64,000 bases of DNA, taken from assembly GCF_035084215.1 (NCBI RefSeq), contig NC_090340.1:5890001-5954000 (forward strand), in the 5' to 3' direction. Numbering within the stretch: position 1 is the stretch's first letter; the number at the start of each line of letters is the position of its first letter. Of the stretch, positions 61,700 through 64,000 are shown in pieces. The position numbers and the translations under genes are program-made. Source of the DNA: Heptranchias perlo (Eukaryota). The notes beneath the pieces were generated by a model. The model saw nothing but the letters and a program-made list of their open reading frames with translations, was not told the origin of the DNA and did no database searches.

Positions 61700-64000
61700 C
61701 ATAGAGTCATAGAGTCATACAGCACGGATAGAGGCCCTTCGGCCCACCGTGTCCGCGCCGGCCATCAAGCCCAGTCTAATCTAATCCCATATTCCAGCAT
61801 TTGGTCCGTAGCCTTGTATGCTATGGCATTCCAAGTGCTCATCCAAATGCTTCTTGAATGTAGTGAGGGTTCCTGCCTCCACAACCCTCTCAGGCAGTGA
61901 GTTCCAGACTCCAACCACCCTCTGGGTGAAAAAGTTCTTTCTCAAATCCCCTCTAAACCTCCCGCCTTTTACCTTGAATCTATGCCCCCTTGTTATAGAA
62001 CCCTCAACGAAGGGAAAAAGCTCCTTAGTATCCATCCTATCTATGCCCCTCATAATTTTGTACACCTCAATCATGTCCCCCCTCAGCCTCCTCTGCTCCA
62101 AGGAAAACAAACCCAATCTTCCCAGTCTCTCTTCATAGCTGAAGCGCTCCAGCCCTGGTAACATCCTGGTGAATCTCCTCTGCACCCTCTCCAAAGCGAT
62201 CGCATCCTTCCTGTAGTGCGGCGACCATAACTGCACACAGTACTCCAGCTGTGGCCTAACCAGTGTTTTATACAGCTCCATCATAACCTCCTTGCTCTCA
62301 TATTCTATGCCTCGGCTAATAAAGGCAAGTATCCCATATGCCTTCTTTACCACCTTATCTACCTGTTCCGCCGCCTTCAGGGATCTGTGAACTTGCACAC
62401 CAAGATCCCTCTGACCCTCTGTCTTGCCTAGGGTCTTCCCATTCATTGTGTATTCCTTTGCCTTGTTAGTCCCTCCAAAGTGCATCACCTCGCACTTTTC
62501 CGGGTTAAATTCCATTTGCCACTGTTCCGCCCATCTGACCAACCCATCTATATCGTCCTGCAGACTGAGGCTATCCTCCTCGCTATTTACCACCCTACCA
62601 ATTTTTGTATCGTCAGCGAACTTACTGATCATACCTTTTACATTCATATCCAAGTCGTTAAGTTAGACCAGAAACAGCAAGGGACCCAGCACCGATCCCT
62701 GTGGTACCCCACTGGCCACAGGCTTCCAGTCACAAAAACAACCTTCGACCATCACCCTCTGCCTTCTGCCACTAAGCCAGTTTTGTATCCAAAGTGCCAA
62801 GGCACCCTGGACTCCATGGGCTCGTACCTTCTTGACCAGTCTCCTGTGCGGGACTTTATCGAAGGCCTTACTGAAATCCATGTATACCACATCCACTGCG
62901 TTACCCTCATCCACACGCCTAGTCACCCCCTCAAAAAATTCAATCAAATTAGTCAGACATGATCTTCCCTTGACAAAGCCATGTTGACTATCCCTGATTA
63001 ATCCTTGCTTCTCCAAGTGGAGACTAATTTTGTCCTTCAGAATTTTTTCCAATAATTTTCCTACCACTGATGTTAGGCTCACTGGCCTGCAGTTCCCCGG
63101 TTTTTCCCTACTCCCCTTCTTGAATAATGGTACTACATTAGCGGTTCTCCAGTCCTCTGGCACATCCCCTGTGGCCAGAGAGGTTCTGAATATATGTGTT
63201 AGAGCCCCCGCAATCTCCTCCTTTGCCTCACACAGTAGCCTGGGATACATTTCGTCCGGGCCTGGGGATTTATCCATTTTTAAGCCTGCTAAAACCGCCA
63301 ATACCTCCTCCCGCTCGATGTTAATATGTTCGAGTATATCACAGTCCCCCTGTCGTATTTCTATGTCTACGTCGTCCTTCTCCATAGTGAAAACATATGC
63401 AAAAAACTCATTTAGAACCCCTCCTACATCTTCCGGCTCCACACACAGATTGCCAATTTTGTCCCTAATGGGCCCTTTTTTCCCAAGTTATCCTCTTACC
63501 CTTAATATACTTATGAAACATCTTAGGATTTTCCTTTATTTTGCTCACCAGTGTTTTTTCATGGCCCCTCCTTGATCTCCTAATTTCCTTTTTAAATATC
63601 CCCCTGCACTTTTTGTACTCCTCTAGGGCTTCCTCCGTCCTTAGCCTTTTGTATCTGCCAAAAGCCCTCCTTTTTTTCCAAATCCATTCTCGTATATCCC
63701 CTGACATCCAAGGTTCCCTGGAGTTCTTGGAACCGCCCTTGACCTTTACGGGAACATGTTGCCATTGTATGGTCTCAATCTCCCTTCTGAAAGACGCCCA
63801 TTGCTCCGATGCGGATTTTCCTACAAGCAGCTGATCCCAGTCCATTTTGGCCAGATCCTGCCTTATCCTATTAAAATCGGCCTTCCCCCAAGTTAGAACC
63901 TTTATTTCCGGCCCCTCCCTGTCCTTTTCCATGACCACCTTAAATCTCACTGAATTATGGTCACTGTCACCAAAGTGCTCACCTACCAGCACTTCTTCCA
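61700..64000 (-). mobile_element. Young CR1 LINE running off the window
   Basis: ORFs of 175, 259 and 290 aa separated by one frameshift (~63470) and one in-frame stop (62663); atagagtc tail repeats. Confidence 0.92.

Overview
Vertebrate genomic DNA, most likely a cartilaginous fish (inferred from shark-type CR1, L2, SINE and Penelope repeats), and mostly retroelement-derived. The window is a tandem segmental duplication: unit 1 spans <=1 to ~24,940 and unit 2 spans ~25,313 to ~56,170. Each unit carries one intact 7-exon, 358-aa Ig-superfamily receptor gene that I reconstructed by hand from GT-AG sites with consistent exon phases. The architecture is leader, germline-joined VJ domain, C1-set domain, uncharged TM, then a tail with five tyrosine motifs (ITIM/ITSM-like). 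This is an antigen-receptor-like but non-rearranging inhibitory receptor, reminiscent of SIRP and NKp30. The paralogs differ mostly in the N-terminal/CDR1 part of V and in C1. A splice donor sits inside a SLAM-type ITSM. About 1.6 kb upstream of copy 1 only is a Penelope-like insertion forming a near-perfect 405-bp-arm hairpin with a 12-bp TSD, a GIY-YIG C-terminus and two minimal hammerhead ribozyme motifs. Also present: a Harbinger transposase fossil, SINEs, MITE-like palindromes and many nested LINEs. Repeat boundaries are approximate; no searches were run.
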